A stretch of 64,000 nt of DNA from Camelus ferus (taxonomy: Eukaryota). The notes below the pieces were generated by a model. It did no database searches, was not told where the DNA came from, and saw only the letters and a list, made by a program, of their open reading frames with translations. This document shows, one piece after another, positions 11,346-24,492 of this stretch. Every line of letters starts with the position of its first letter. The first letter of the stretch is position 1. The stretch covers positions 63,056,001-63,120,000 of the forward strand of contig NC_045696.1 of assembly GCF_009834535.1 (NCBI RefSeq), given 5' to 3'. The translations under genes and the position numbers were made by a program.

Positions 11346-14300
11346 TATAATAATATCATCATTATTATTATTGTAAAATCTTTGATGTTTGTAAATTAAT
11401 TTACAGATTTTAAAAAGTTCTTTTCCCATCATTGATTTTTCTGCTAGGACAGCCAACTGCTTGGTAAAACACTGAATCATTTCCGTATCTATTGGTAAAT
11501 AGCCACTGACCTGAGCCTCCCTGCCGTACTGTTTCTTGGGTCACCCAGACCACCAGGCCCTTCCCCTGGACTCCCTCCACCCCGCTCACACACATGTCTG
11601 TTTGAGACCCAGCAATCAAAGAGTTAACCCCCAGCCAAACAGGGGACCCCTGGGGACCTATACCAGGGCAGTGCTGTGCCCAGTGTCCATTCAGATGGGT
11701 GGGTGAACATGTCATGCTGGCTGTTAACTATTTGAGTACCTCCCTGCCTGTCAGCACTGAGGACTTTGGGATGGAACAGCCTACAGGATTCCTGAACTCT
11801 GCACCCCACACTCTGCTCTCTGGGTCTGTGGCAGCCCCATTGTGGGAACACAAGTCAGGTGGCTCCAGAAAGCCATAGGGCAAATGCGAGTGACTGGGCA
11901 GGCCCTTCCTTAACTGCCTGGGAGGAGTGGGAAATATCCTCAGTGACTAGCACTTAAATGTGGCCTCCTTCCCTTCGGCTGCACCCCTTAAAAACCAGGT
12001 TGGGTGCCTCTTAAAAACCATAAATAATAACATATAACAGCCAAATGGGCAAGTCCCCAACCTGCCGTCTGCATCAATTTCCCTCTGTTCAATCCAATGG
12101 AGAGAGATAATAACCTATCTCAGGTTTAATTAACATCTGGGCCCTGCTGCTGGGAGAGTCCCAAACCCATGTCTCCCTGTAATTGCAAACCTTTATTTAT
12201 TTGGGCACTTTGATGACAGCCACAAAATGGGAGCTACAGCCCTGACCCCACCCAGAGCCTCATACTTGCCAGCTGCCAACCTCCCCTCCCCACCCCCACC
12301 TGCTCCTCCCTATGACTCTCCTGCCTGTCTCCGCAGCCACCCCCTGTATCCCTTGCCCATAATCCCCCTGCCCAAGCCATGCTGTGCTTATAGAGCAGTT
12401 GGAATTGGAGACCTGGACTGCAGTCCCAGATCTGCTCATTACTAACTCTACCACTGTGAGATGCACTCACTGGAAATGCCCAGCACTTTGCCTGGCATAC
12501 ACTGGGTGCTAAACTCTTGTGGGGGCGGGGGGGGGGGGCTTCTTTTCTACTCCATTGCACTCTTTAACCCCCAGGTCTCTTATCTGAAAATTGAGTTATT
12601 GATGCTGCTGCCCTGCCTGGTTATGAGCATCAGAAGAGAAAATGGCTAACAGCATCCTTCGTAAGGTATGAGGTACCACCTACACAGAAGGGTGGTCTCC
12701 TCAGACGGAGGGAGGGTTGGAATGCCAGAGGGATCACTGACCAGATGGGCCTCCTGGGGTATTGTTCCTTGGAGGGGCCACCCCAGTCAGGGTCTAGCCT
12801 TACTTAATGCAGGTCCTGATAAGTGCTAGGTCTCCAATCCTCAAGAAGTTTGGGGGGAAACAGGATTCCCAGGAAGCAACTAGAGAAGGAAGGATCAAGC
12901 AGATGGAGCTGCCACGTGTGCAGAATCTGTCTCGGGCATGCTCGCCACTCTACCTGAGACCTAACCTGAGCCTGCCTTTCAGGTCCTTCCAGGAGGACAG
13001 CAAGGATAATTCCTCACATTTGTATCACACTTTCCCACAAAAAGTGGCTTCTATTCATGACTTCTTTTGAATTGCACAATGCCGTAAGTTTGCATAATTA
13101 TCCCTTTTTACTAACGGGCACCAGACCTCAGAGAATAGCACTTCTTTGTGCAATGTCACACAGGAGTCCTTGTAGAATGGGGTGCAAACTCAGGAATGAG
13201 ATGCAAACCCAAGAATGGATGCAAACCCAGACTTCTGAGCTGGCATTCTGGGCTGCTTCTTTGGAAGAGACACAGGCTTGTCGCCTTTGTTTTCTTTTCT
13301 TTCCCTCCCTTCATTTCTTCTTTTTTTTTTTTTTTCTTTCTTGATAATGATACATTTATTTCAACTGTTTGCTGGCTTATCCCTAAACTTATCAAGGAAT
13401 AATAACTAATATAGTAATGCCATATTCCATTAACACTCATACCAGTAAATTTCCCAGATAATCCTGTTTAAGTACACTAAGCCTTTTTAAAAAATACTGT
13501 CTTGAATTAAAATATTTCTAAAATGCACTATACAGCTCTTTACTTTTTAACTAGATTAGCCTATTATAAGTGTAGCGTGCTAAGAAAATAAAAATCCATA
13601 TAAAGTCTGCCTCTTCCACTCACCCTCTGGTCACAACAAAGATTTAGCTGGTTAACAGAGACATTTCTGATGGGACAGTGGGATCTCTCTCAGACCTCTG
13701 GGTGGGTGGTGGCGTTCACTTGGGGCCTTCTCAGAGCGTGCAGTGACCACTCACGCAACTATCCAGGTCTCCCTCTCACTGGGGAAGCAGAGCCATCCTC
13801 TCCCCGAGGTGTCCGGGCCCCCAGGTGGGAGGAGCTTCTCTGTAGGAGAGAAGAACGTGGGCATCTCCCTGCAGATGGCTGGGTCTGACCAAGGAAGCGG
13901 AGCAGGACTCTCCTGGGAGGGCTTCTGATCAGTCCTGTCTGTATGTCGGGGAAGAGTTATCTCTCTGCAGCCTCACAGATCAATGTGACAAATCTCAGCA
14001 GAACTTTTCAAGAATCAGAGCTGGGCTGTCTCAGGGGAAAGAAAGATCTTCCCCAGAGAGGAGACAGTCCCCCTCAAACGTTCCTTCTAGTGCTGGGCTG
14101 ATGTTTGCAGCATCTGTTTCTGAAAAATTACTTGAGCTCTGGGTCCTGAGCTATTCAAATCATCTCTTCAAACTGAATGATGAATATCTTCACAAACTCT
14201 TATAAATGATTTTCTCCTGATCCTCCTAAAGTCTTAGCTCATGTAAACCTGGATCGTGGTCATAAGATGAAGCAGAGGCTCCATATCTCTTCCCCAAGCC

Positions 14301-14527
14301 AGTGTCCCTTTCCTGCTGCTAGACTTCATTTCTTTGCTGCCCTTGCAGTCACATGCAACCACAAACTGAATTCTGGCCAGTGGAACGTGGTGAGAATTTG
14401 TGTGTGTCACTTCTAGGCCTGCCCGTTAAAACCTCCAAATGATCATGCATACTTTTTTTCTGTTTCCTGGAAGACACTCTCTGGCCGGAAGCAGGTGACC
14501 CAGAGAGAATTCCCAGGCACTAGGATA

Positions 14528-14824
14528 AGGGTCAGCAAACTTTTTCTGTAAAGGACCAGATGGTCAGTATTTAAGGCTTGTGGGCTACACAGTCTTTGTT
14601 GCAACTACTCAACTCTGTTGTTGTAGTGCAAAGCAGAGAGCGGATGGGTGTGACTGGTTTATCCCTAAACTTATCAAAGAATAATAACTAATAAAGTCAT
14701 GCCATATTCCATTAACAGCCATACCAGTAAATTTCCCAGCTATATATGAATGGATGAGCACAACTGTGTTCCAATTAAACTTCATGTACAAAACAGCCAG
14801 CAGCCCAATTTGCCCATGTTCCTG
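14528..14824 (+). mobile_element. MER58A-like hAT-Charlie element with an internal insertion, within an older MaLR-like LTR
   Basis: gggtcagcaaactttttctgtaaagg...gcaactactcaactctg...tgtgttccaattaaactt. Confidence 0.75.
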
Positions 14825-17800
14825 GCTCTAAAAGACAGTGGAGCCACAATATTATAGAAAGAGCTTGGGTCCCTGAATGACTCCTTGACAATCATGAGTA
14901 TTCACACTGAGTACTGCATAAGTGAGAAATTAACTCTCCTTATGTTAGGCCAGTAAGAGTATGGAATTTATTAAAGCCGCCAGAACTTTTTACCTTATTT
15001 AATTGTAGAATTATAAAATAGAGGAATATTCTATTCCTCTGGTTGCCAAGTTCATGGATCAGGAAATGGACCAATGAGGAAGAAAACCCAAATACTCTTC
15101 TGAAATGGCCTTTAGAAGTACAGGGCTGGAGAGAGGTTACAGATTGGAGATTTTCAAAAACTTCCTCCAATCTCCACCTTAAAAAAAAAAAAAAAAAAAA
15201 GCTCTCCAGAACCTAGATAAGGCAAAATTCTCTAACTCAGAGTCTTTGAGAAGACCACATTGATGGTTGGAAAGGATGATCATCTCCTTTGTGAAGCCCT
15301 CTATAACCACTCCTCCCTCCCTTGGTGGGTTGGGGTAGGCTGGCTGCCCCTCCTCTGTGTTCCCTTGACACTTTGCACATAAACTGACCATATCTCTTTT
15401 TAGGTTGGACATGTTTTGGTCTCTTCCATCAGATAACATCTCCATGAGAACAAGAACAGCTTCTTGTTTCCCTAGGTCCACCCCATCCCCCATCCCCAGG
15501 CTCGCCCACCTCACCCCCACAGCCAGCACAGGATTGGCACACAGTAGGTGCATTGTAAATGTTTCTTTAGTGATGCAGAGAGCAGGAATGAGTGAGTGAA
15601 GACATGCACAAGTTAAGGTTAAAATTATGTAGGTAATAGGTAGGGAAACATAATTTATCATCCAAACTAGGACACTTTTGAGAGTGAAAGGTGGCTCTGC
15701 TATAATTACGGGAGGACATCAGGCACCAACGAGGACTGTCCCAGGATCTGTGGTCATCCTGGCAGAGGCTCCTGTGGATCATGGTCTCCAGCGATGTAGA
15801 GCCTGGTGACTTCTATTAGTCTAAGGACCCTTTAAGATGAAAAACAAACAAGAAAGAAAACTCAGAGTACAATGGAAAGGAAAGGGTGATGTGATTTGAA
15901 GTTTTACTTGGCAGAAGTCTGGGAGGATCAGCACAGCTCTCTCACAGCGCTGCGAGTTTTCACTGATCATTTCACACTAATGCCAACCCCAACAGCTTGA
16001 GTTTACAGTACAGCTCAGCTTCGCCCCAGAGCACAGTCCCAAGCATACACACAGGAACGCGCGTGTGCACACACACACGCACAAACACACACAGAGTTCC
16101 GTCAGGACAAGAGGATCCTAAGTATTCCTGTGTGTACTCAATCCACATAGCATGTCTCCAAGGGTAACCCCAGAACTTCCACGTGTCTAGAAAACAGCCT
16201 AAAGAATCACTTTTAGAGGATTATGTCCATTTCAGGGACATCTATTTGAGAGGCAAATCAAATCATGATTGTAAATATTTGTGGAAAGTTTAGGGAAGAA
16301 GCGTGTATGTGTGTGTGTGTCTGTCTGAGTACAGAAAACTAATCACACTAGAAATACTGATCTGGACTGATCATCACATGCTGACAAAATGAATCCCAGT
16401 ACAGAGAACAAATAAAACACAGCCGGTTGCCACACTCTCCAGCCACAGCTGATGGAAGAGACTGGGCTGCACATGGAGCCCGAGGCTCAGGTGGATATCC
16501 AGAGCTTCAGGTGGAAATTTAGCCCATAATCGTTCCACATAAAACGTGCCATTTAAACACCCACCTACTGTTTTCCTGTACTTAATAGATTACTTCTTCA
16601 TTTTTGCCTGTTTTCCCTCCTTGGATCCTGGAATATGTCATGAAAAATGTCCCTGCCCGTGTACACATTCGCTCTGTGGAGGAGCCCCACTGAGGCTCAC
16701 TCATTCCAACTGTGTTATTTCAATCTGAATATTCCAGCAGCCACCACTCCTTTCCTGCACGGTGCTTTACACAGAGCATTTACTCAACCAACATTTGGAT
16801 TTTGAGCCTCAAAACAACCTGAGAGATAGCTGTTAAACTACCTCCATTTCCCAGAAAGAACTGGCCCCACGAGGAAACTTGCCCAAGGTCTAAGAGCTCA
16901 TGTGTGGAGAAAACCAAGACTACAACCAGGTTTAAGCCCAGGTCTCTCTCAGTTATACCCACAGCCTTGCCCACAAGAATCCTACCTCCCACCATACCCT
17001 AGCCCCACCAATCACACATTTGCCAGGTAACATTGGACATTTGCTAAGACCTGGGTCAAAGGAATGAAGTGGCAGAGATACAATGTAAGACTAAAACCTC
17101 TTTTGACTTCATCAGTATGAACGCTTCCAAAAGGGTCTGCCCAGCCACGGGGTCTGCGAGCTTCCTTCATCAGCAACATGGCTACAGATGCGAAAGGAAC
17201 AGCCCCACGTACCTTGGGGGCACCACACAGCTCATTCGGACAAGCAGTGTGGTTTGGCACAGAAGCACCTGATCACATGGTGCTCTTTTAAAGAGATGAG
17301 CTCTTCTCCTGGAAATCAGGTAGTGTGAGTGGTTGTCTCTGGGAATTAAGGACACTGAGGGCAAGTTGGCATGCAAAGGCTAAGAGAAGTTTATCTGCAG
17401 AAGAAGCCTTGGGGGACGGACAGACAGCAGCTGTGGAAAAGAACTGCTGATGGTTTTGTAGATCTTTAGGTGGTGCCTGGGAATCGTTTGCAAGCCCAGA
17501 ACTGGCACACAGAACCAAGAGGGTTGAAACGTTTTATACAGAGACTAGTTAATAACTTAATGGCCGTGTACATAGCAATGTGTATGCAGGTGTATGTCTG
17601 TGAGGTATTAATGTTATTAATTTTCATAAAAGCTGGAAAGTAGCGGGTGGGGGCAGGAAATGCTATATCTCTGCAGAACCCAGTGGCCTTACCCATGCTC
17701 CCTCCTTGAACTCATGTGACCTTGGAAACATCACTTTCTCTTTGTGTATGAATTCAGACGTAAGAGAAATATGGCTTACGATGCTAGAACACCTGCAACG

Positions 17801-20800
17801 TTAGAAGAGGTATTCCCTGCACCACAATATTTCTTCCTGCCTTCTCTAGCTTCCTCCCATCGAAGTGACTGAAATTCTCTTATGGCTTGGCCTTTTATAT
17901 CTCAAAGGCTTTTAATATTCAAGAGTCCCCTATTAAAATGTCAATTCCATGAAAAGGCCATTTAGGTAAGAATTTGGAACTCACTGTAGGCCAAGAAACA
18001 ATAAATAGCTTGGGAGGCAAAAGTGTGGAAGGGAGGAGGGCCCTGCGATTCACCCACATACAGCCAGCCCACGTCACCAAGGAAATATGGCTCCCAGCGT
18101 TACCATTGAGGGTTCCTGAAAGGCAGCAGTGTGGCATCTTGGAAGGAGACTGGGAGGAAGTAGAAGCCTGAGTTCTAATCGTGGCTCTCTTATAAGCTCC
18201 TTGCAACACCTGAACAAGTCCTTTCCCTTCTGAGCCTCAGTGTCCTCATTTTAAAAGGAAGGGACTGGTCTAGAAGAGCGCTGAGTTTCCGTCTGAATCT
18301 CAGGCTCTCAGGGAAGGTAGACGATCTTGGTGTGAGCTGGTGACCTCTTGAGCCATTCATTGTTGGCTAATCCTGGAACAGAGGGGAGGGAAAATCCCCA
18401 ACAGGCAGCAAAGAACAAATTCCCCTAGGAGAGGGAGGGATCTGGGATTGGGGAGGGTCCTGGAGCAGGGAGGAGTGAGCGGGGGTAGGGAAGCAAGCCC
18501 CAGGATGCCAACTCCCTCTTGTTCCCAGACTTGTTGAAGGTGAGTCCTGGTCTCCATCATTAGGAGAACAAAACACCATGCTGCCAGGTGCCCTCATGGC
18601 CTTTGATCAGACATATGGGCTCTGCCACATTTCCTTGGATAGGGGCTGGGTACCAAACTAACTCATCCCAACCCAGAAGATACAGGGAAAAGAGTGTAGG
18701 AATTGGAGTCAAGAGACCTGAATTCTGGCCCCAACTTGCTAAGTGATCTTAAGCAAGTTAATGTTCCCTTACCTGGCCCTTAGATTCAGTATCAGTCCAC
18801 ATTTTAGGACACACCATGGCCTCCAAGTTTTGAGGTAGTGAAAGAAATGCTAACAGGCATCTCCTGCTCTGGCTTGGCCAGGGGAACATCACCTCCGCAT
18901 CAGACTCTGGTGAGGATCCAGGCCACCGTGAGTTCTAAAGATGAGCCCTGTCCCTGGAGCCCCAGACAGTTTCTAGCTTGCAGTCAGAGGTTCCTTCTAT
19001 TCTTACCCACTAAGGGAACAGAAACACACTTGACCTTAACCTTTGCTCCTTCTTTAATTCAGAACATTAGTTTTGCTGTTATCAAATCCAACCCATCCAT
19101 TTCACCTATGGGAATCCTGAGGCTAGTGAGGGAAAGTGACTTGACTGGGTCAATGCAGAGTCCAGATCACTTCAAGGCCTGAATCCAAGGCTCTTCCTAC
19201 AGGCTTTCTGCCATACCACATTATATGAGCCTTCATATGGTGCAAATTACAGGGATTTGGGCAATAACCTTAGTGACTGCAATTCCATTCAAAGCCAAGT
19301 CCAAGTAAACCATCTTTCTCCAAACCAGAACCACCCCTCCCTAAGAAAGTCAGGGAAGTGCCAAGGAAAATCTTGAGAATTAATTCTACCTTATGGAGAG
19401 TTGAGGAATCAATTGAATACCAATCTTCCCTCCTTTCCAAACGTATAACCTTAAAACCTTGGCCCCTCCATCTGAGTGATGACCTTGAGCTTTATCAAGC
19501 TTCTAACCTGGAGAGATACCCCTTTACTCCTTCTTTAACATTTTCTGAGTACCTACTAGGTGCTGGGCTCTGTGCTAAGTGTGGTGAATCAGAGATGCCT
19601 GAAGTCGCAGCCTGTCCTCAGAGAACTCAGCCAACCAGAAAGGATACAGATGATTAATAAACATGGTGCAATGGAAAGAGCTCCCCCACCCTCCAACTAT
19701 ACCTGCTCTTCTAGGGCGAGGTCTTACCAGGCCAGATCTCAGGGGTGGAAGCGAGAGGAGACCAAGTTCCTCTGGGGGGTGCCACCCCACCCACTGAGAG
19801 CATCCTTGCCAGGAAGACAGACACCTGACCCCTCTACCTCCAGCATCGTGAAGCTAATAGACACTTATGCACACTTGGCGGTGGGAGTGGCATGTTGATG
19901 AATGGCATGAAGTTTATCATCCAGCACCCACCATGTATAAAATATAGAGGTACATAAGAAAAGGGGAAAACAGAATAATTCAACTGCCGGTAGCTGCCAG
20001 CCCAAAGCTAAAAATCTGGTTTTAAGTCATAGAAACTGGAGGAATGTGAAAAGAGCATGGGTTTAGGAGTTTGGACCCCTGGATCTTGGGGTCTCCAGGT
20101 ATAACCGTGGGCAGGACATTACCCTCTCTGTGCCTCATTTGTTCATTTCTAAGTTGGGGAGCAGGGCCAGAGCATGCCCTAGAATTGCAGGACTAGTGCT
20201 AACAGATGACTGTGTGCTTAGTTTGTTTTTCCCTTCAAGTTTGGGCTTTCTTTTCTTTGATGTGATTAAAGTCTGAGCTAGTTTTGTGGGAAGGAGGAAA
20301 AATGAAGCCAGGATCAGGTGGGAAGCTGGGTCATCAGAGAAGCAGGAAGGGAATGATGTGTTACAGGAGGAAGTGGAGTGGGAGAGAGATGAAGAGGACA
20401 GGTAGGAAAAGGGGCGGTGGAAAGGGCAGCTCTCCCGGGGGGTTGGAAACAAGGACCTTTGCTGGTGTTACTGAACAGCCCTGGAGAGGTGAAGGAATGG
20501 ATGCCAAGCTCCAGGGCCACTTAGCTATTCAAACTACCAAAATGATGGTTAGTCAATGCTGTTGAAATTGGGTCACTCCAAAACTGGTGGAAGGGGATGG
20601 GGGGAGGGAGAGCGCTGGTCTTAGGCACATTGTGAACATGGATGAGCCAATGAGAGCAGAAAGGACCCCAGGTTACAATAAAGCCAGATCCAGATGCAGC
20701 CAAGTGCAGAGAAACCTGGTGCCAAGAGCACAGAGCGCCCTGGCCCCAGTGGCCTCCTGCCCGCCAGGAGCCCTGAGTAGCTTCGCACGTGTCGGACTCT

Positions 20801-21198
20801 GCTCCCAGCCCCAGCCGTCCGCACACATTGCAAGCTCCATCACACATCACCTACCAGCGGATGCTAGGGCTGCCGACGCGTGCCACACGGAGGAAAGGGT
20901 TCTGCTCACTGCATTACTAACTCCTGTTAGAAACGGGGGCAACTGGCTCCTAATAGAATTGTTATGTTTCTCAGGGTCCTGGGTGACTCCAGTGAGGTTT
21001 CTTTTTCATCTCCAGTGTGATGCCAGGGGTGGATTCTACCAGCTAGTTCCCTCTCCTTTCAGAAGCAGATCCCTTAAAAGCAGCTCTGTCCCTGGGAAGC
21101 CATTGTGCTTTCTTAGTATAACAGAGCCTTTCTAATTTGTTTAAAATCTACTCTTCTGCTGACTGTGGGGCAGTGAGAGGGAGTTCTTCTTTCGGGAG

Positions 21199-21200
<2 letters not shown>

Positions 21201-21243
<43 letters not shown>

Positions 21244-21252
21244 TGTGTGTGT
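21201..21252. repeat. (GT)n microsatellite
   Basis: Direct read. Confidence 0.95.
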
Positions 21253-23591
21253 AGAGCAGGGGTTCTCTGATACTAATAGTTGAGGGGGAATGTAATACTA
21301 TTGTTTATTTTACACCACCCTACTCCTCCCTCCTTCTCCCGCAACACACACAACAAATTGTACAAATGAACATGTGATGTTTGTGCCGGGAGAGGTTGAG
21401 GACTATCTCTGTGGACGCAGGCAGCCAACCTCTGCAACCATCTCTCTTGCCGCCGGAAGTCACTTGTTTCTTCGTGCAGTCAGTGCTGCGTTGTTGGACA
21501 CAGGGGACAACTTAGGCTGGGGAGGAGTGTGGCAAGGGTCTCACTGCATTTAAAGTACCATCCGGTTGTAAAGGAGAAACACGAGCCTCACCCTGCAAGA
21601 CGGAAAAGCGGAGTTTGATGAGTAAAGCAGACCTCAGTGCTTTCTGGAATGTGTATTTCATCTACTTCGTTATGCGTTTGTCACACACTCTTTTCCCTCT
21701 GAGTGTTAGGAGTAAATTAGCTTTGGGATTTTTTTTTTCATTCAAAACATCTCTCCTTACACTAGTGATATCATCCCTGGAAGACTGAGATGTAAGAAGA
21801 GGTGAATCATGTATCACCTTCACCTCTCTTCTAGAGTTACATCAGCCAGAGCCCTGGGGTGCGGTGGGGATAAAAGCCAAAAAGCTGCGGGGAGGTAGGA
21901 GGGGAGGGGCGGGCAGCAGGGGGGAGGGAAAGAGGCAGCTAGTTCTTTTGCAGTCTTATTTTCTCCTTCTTTCTTAACCCCTAAACCCCCTTCCCTATTG
22001 ATCAACCACATAACAGGAAAAATCAGGCTTTAAAGAGACAATTGCCTTATATTTAATGATGGTGTTGGTTTAAATGTCATTTGTCTGAACTTTCTGATCA
22101 ATCACCATGCCCCCATCAGCCACAGAAGAAAGCCACCGGCATTCTCACTGGACACATCGGTTGGATTAAGAAGGAAGACCTGCAGACCCTGCCTCACCCC
22201 CAAGTAGAAGTCAAATAATCTTCACCCTGTTTCACATTCTCATCAATTTCAAGCAACAGAGGAACTTGGCGGGGCGTAGAAACAATTTGAAATGTGGAAT
22301 CTAATCATGTAAAATAGTGACTGCCCACACAGTCAACCTTCCTGTCCTCTCTCTACCTGGGGGTTTGAAAATGTCATTCAGTAATGTGTATCTACGGTAT
22401 TCAAGGAAAGAGACAGGGACCCTCAACCAAATCAAAATATAATACAAGATAAATATGAGATGCACCTTGTGCTCATCCCCTTAAGAAGTGACTCCGAATA
22501 TTTTTTAATTTCCCACCTACCCACCCTTTGCTTTTTAAAGATTATCTTTTGCCTGAACTACTTCTGTTAATTAGGAAGAAAATCTCTCTCCCCACCCCAG
22601 CTTGCCCCCGCCCCACTTCCTCTATGGTTCCAGTGAATTCCAGACTCCTTAGGATCTCTGGGTCTAGCTGCTCAGAACATATTTATGATGAAAACAAAGC
22701 CAAGCCTCAGGACACCAGGGAAGGCCAGGAGCGCGATCCATTTCTACAACACTGGAAAAGGGGCCCATAAGGGCAAAGGGAAAAAAATCATTTGCAGAAG
22801 GCACAGTTTTGGCAGCATCTTATTACAGCTTCCAGCTGATCGGGTGGAGTCTAACTAAAGACATCTGTTTGGAGTTTACAACAGAAACAAACACACAGAA
22901 AGCCTGAAAACCCTAAGACACACACACAGACCAAGCTCTAACAGACTTTCTCCGCCTTGACCGCCACACCACGCTCCCACTGGGTCATGCTGGCTTATAG
23001 AAGGAAAGGAAATGGACTCTTTCACCCGCACCCCCCACCCCCACCCCACCTGCATCGAGACACGACCGGAACTTCTGACTTTCCTCTCTCCTTGATTTTC
23101 CTCCCAGTAGAAACAGAGATCATCTCACTCCTCAGAGAGCCCCACAGGAACTTCCTTTAGGTCTCAAGTTCGTCTTTAAAGCTCCTTGAGCTGTTTGTGA
23201 AGGAAAAAGTGAACCACAGAAAGAGGTGGTAAAACCTCAGAAGCCCTTGAAAGTCACCCCTCCTTAAGTAACCTCACAAGTCTGGGAATGAGGCACAGAA
23301 CTCACCCGGCATCTCCAAGAATTAACTCAAAGAGGCCAGAAAAAGCCCACACTCACACAACTGAAAAAGTGAAGAATACGGGCCCAGCTGAGGACCCAGA
23401 GTTGCAAACGACCAGAAAGGCCCCAGACTATGCATAAAGTGAGTCCCCCTTCGCTCATCACCTCTGCAAAGGCCAGAGCCTGTCCTCCCACACCATCCCA
23501 GCCATGCTCACACCCTCTCCCCCAGCGCCCCCACAGCCAAGCATTTTCTGACGCAGTTCTAGACGCTCACCTGTTCTGTTCAATTTTCCTC

Positions 23592-23665
23592 TTTATTCTC
23601 TCCCCACTGGCGTGCAAACAGAACCAGAGCAGTGCTACTCTTAAAAAATAACAAAATGTTTTATA
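23592..23665 (-). terminator. Candidate FAM43A polyadenylation signals: TATAAA variant (23660-23665) and AATAAA (23592-23597)
   Basis: End of an AU-rich 3' UTR with upstream UGUA motifs and U/GU-rich sequence downstream of the TATAAA. Confidence 0.5.
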
Positions 23666-24492
23666 CACATTTCTGTATATACAACTGAACAGCATTTTAC
23701 ATGTCCCTTTTGCACAGCAAAAGATATAAACATTCAACTCTGAGAACACAGTTATGTACAAAAAAATGTCAAAAATACTTCACAACAGTGCAAAAATATT
23801 TTACACAGTATCATGGAGTGAGACCTTTTGAGCAGGAGGAAGGTGTATGTGTTTCTAAAAGAAAACTCCTTTTTAAGATAATAGATGTCTTTAACTGTAA
23901 ACAAAATGCAACTTTTTTCTCCCCCTCCCCCCCAAACAGTTATTTGAGGAATTTGGCAGGAATTTCAGGGGTCTGATTCTGAGGTAAACAACTCAAGCTC
24001 TTGCACCAAAAAGATTGGGGGCTAGGAGGTTGGCATTAAAGCCTCAAACATTGTGAGAGCAAATTCTTCTTTCTTTTTTTAAATGACATGTCAATGACAG
24101 AGCTAGGCCGCTCCCAGCTGGGGGACGGGGAGGAAGTTAACCCCTCCTCCTCAGGCCCCAGCTGCTCCACAAACAGGAAACTGGCCGGCAGGCACCTCAC
24201 GCCTGCCGGGCTTTGCTAACACCAGCGGCCCTTCCCTTCCCCCGACCCCAGAGTGCTGCCTCTTTCCCCTTCTTTGTAGGGTTCCCCCGCCCCTGCACAT
24301 CTCCGCATATTTCCGCGTGCAATCGGGGCCCCGCTTCAAACAGAGCCAAATGTAGAGAGGGGAGGCGGGTGTCTGGGCCTCAAGTGTCCCATTTCCCCTT
24401 TCCTGGGGGATGAGGGCGGTAAGGAGGTGGTGGAGAGACGGGTGGGGGTCACGTTGGGGCGCTAGGGGCGCGCACTGGACTTTGGTGGGAGC

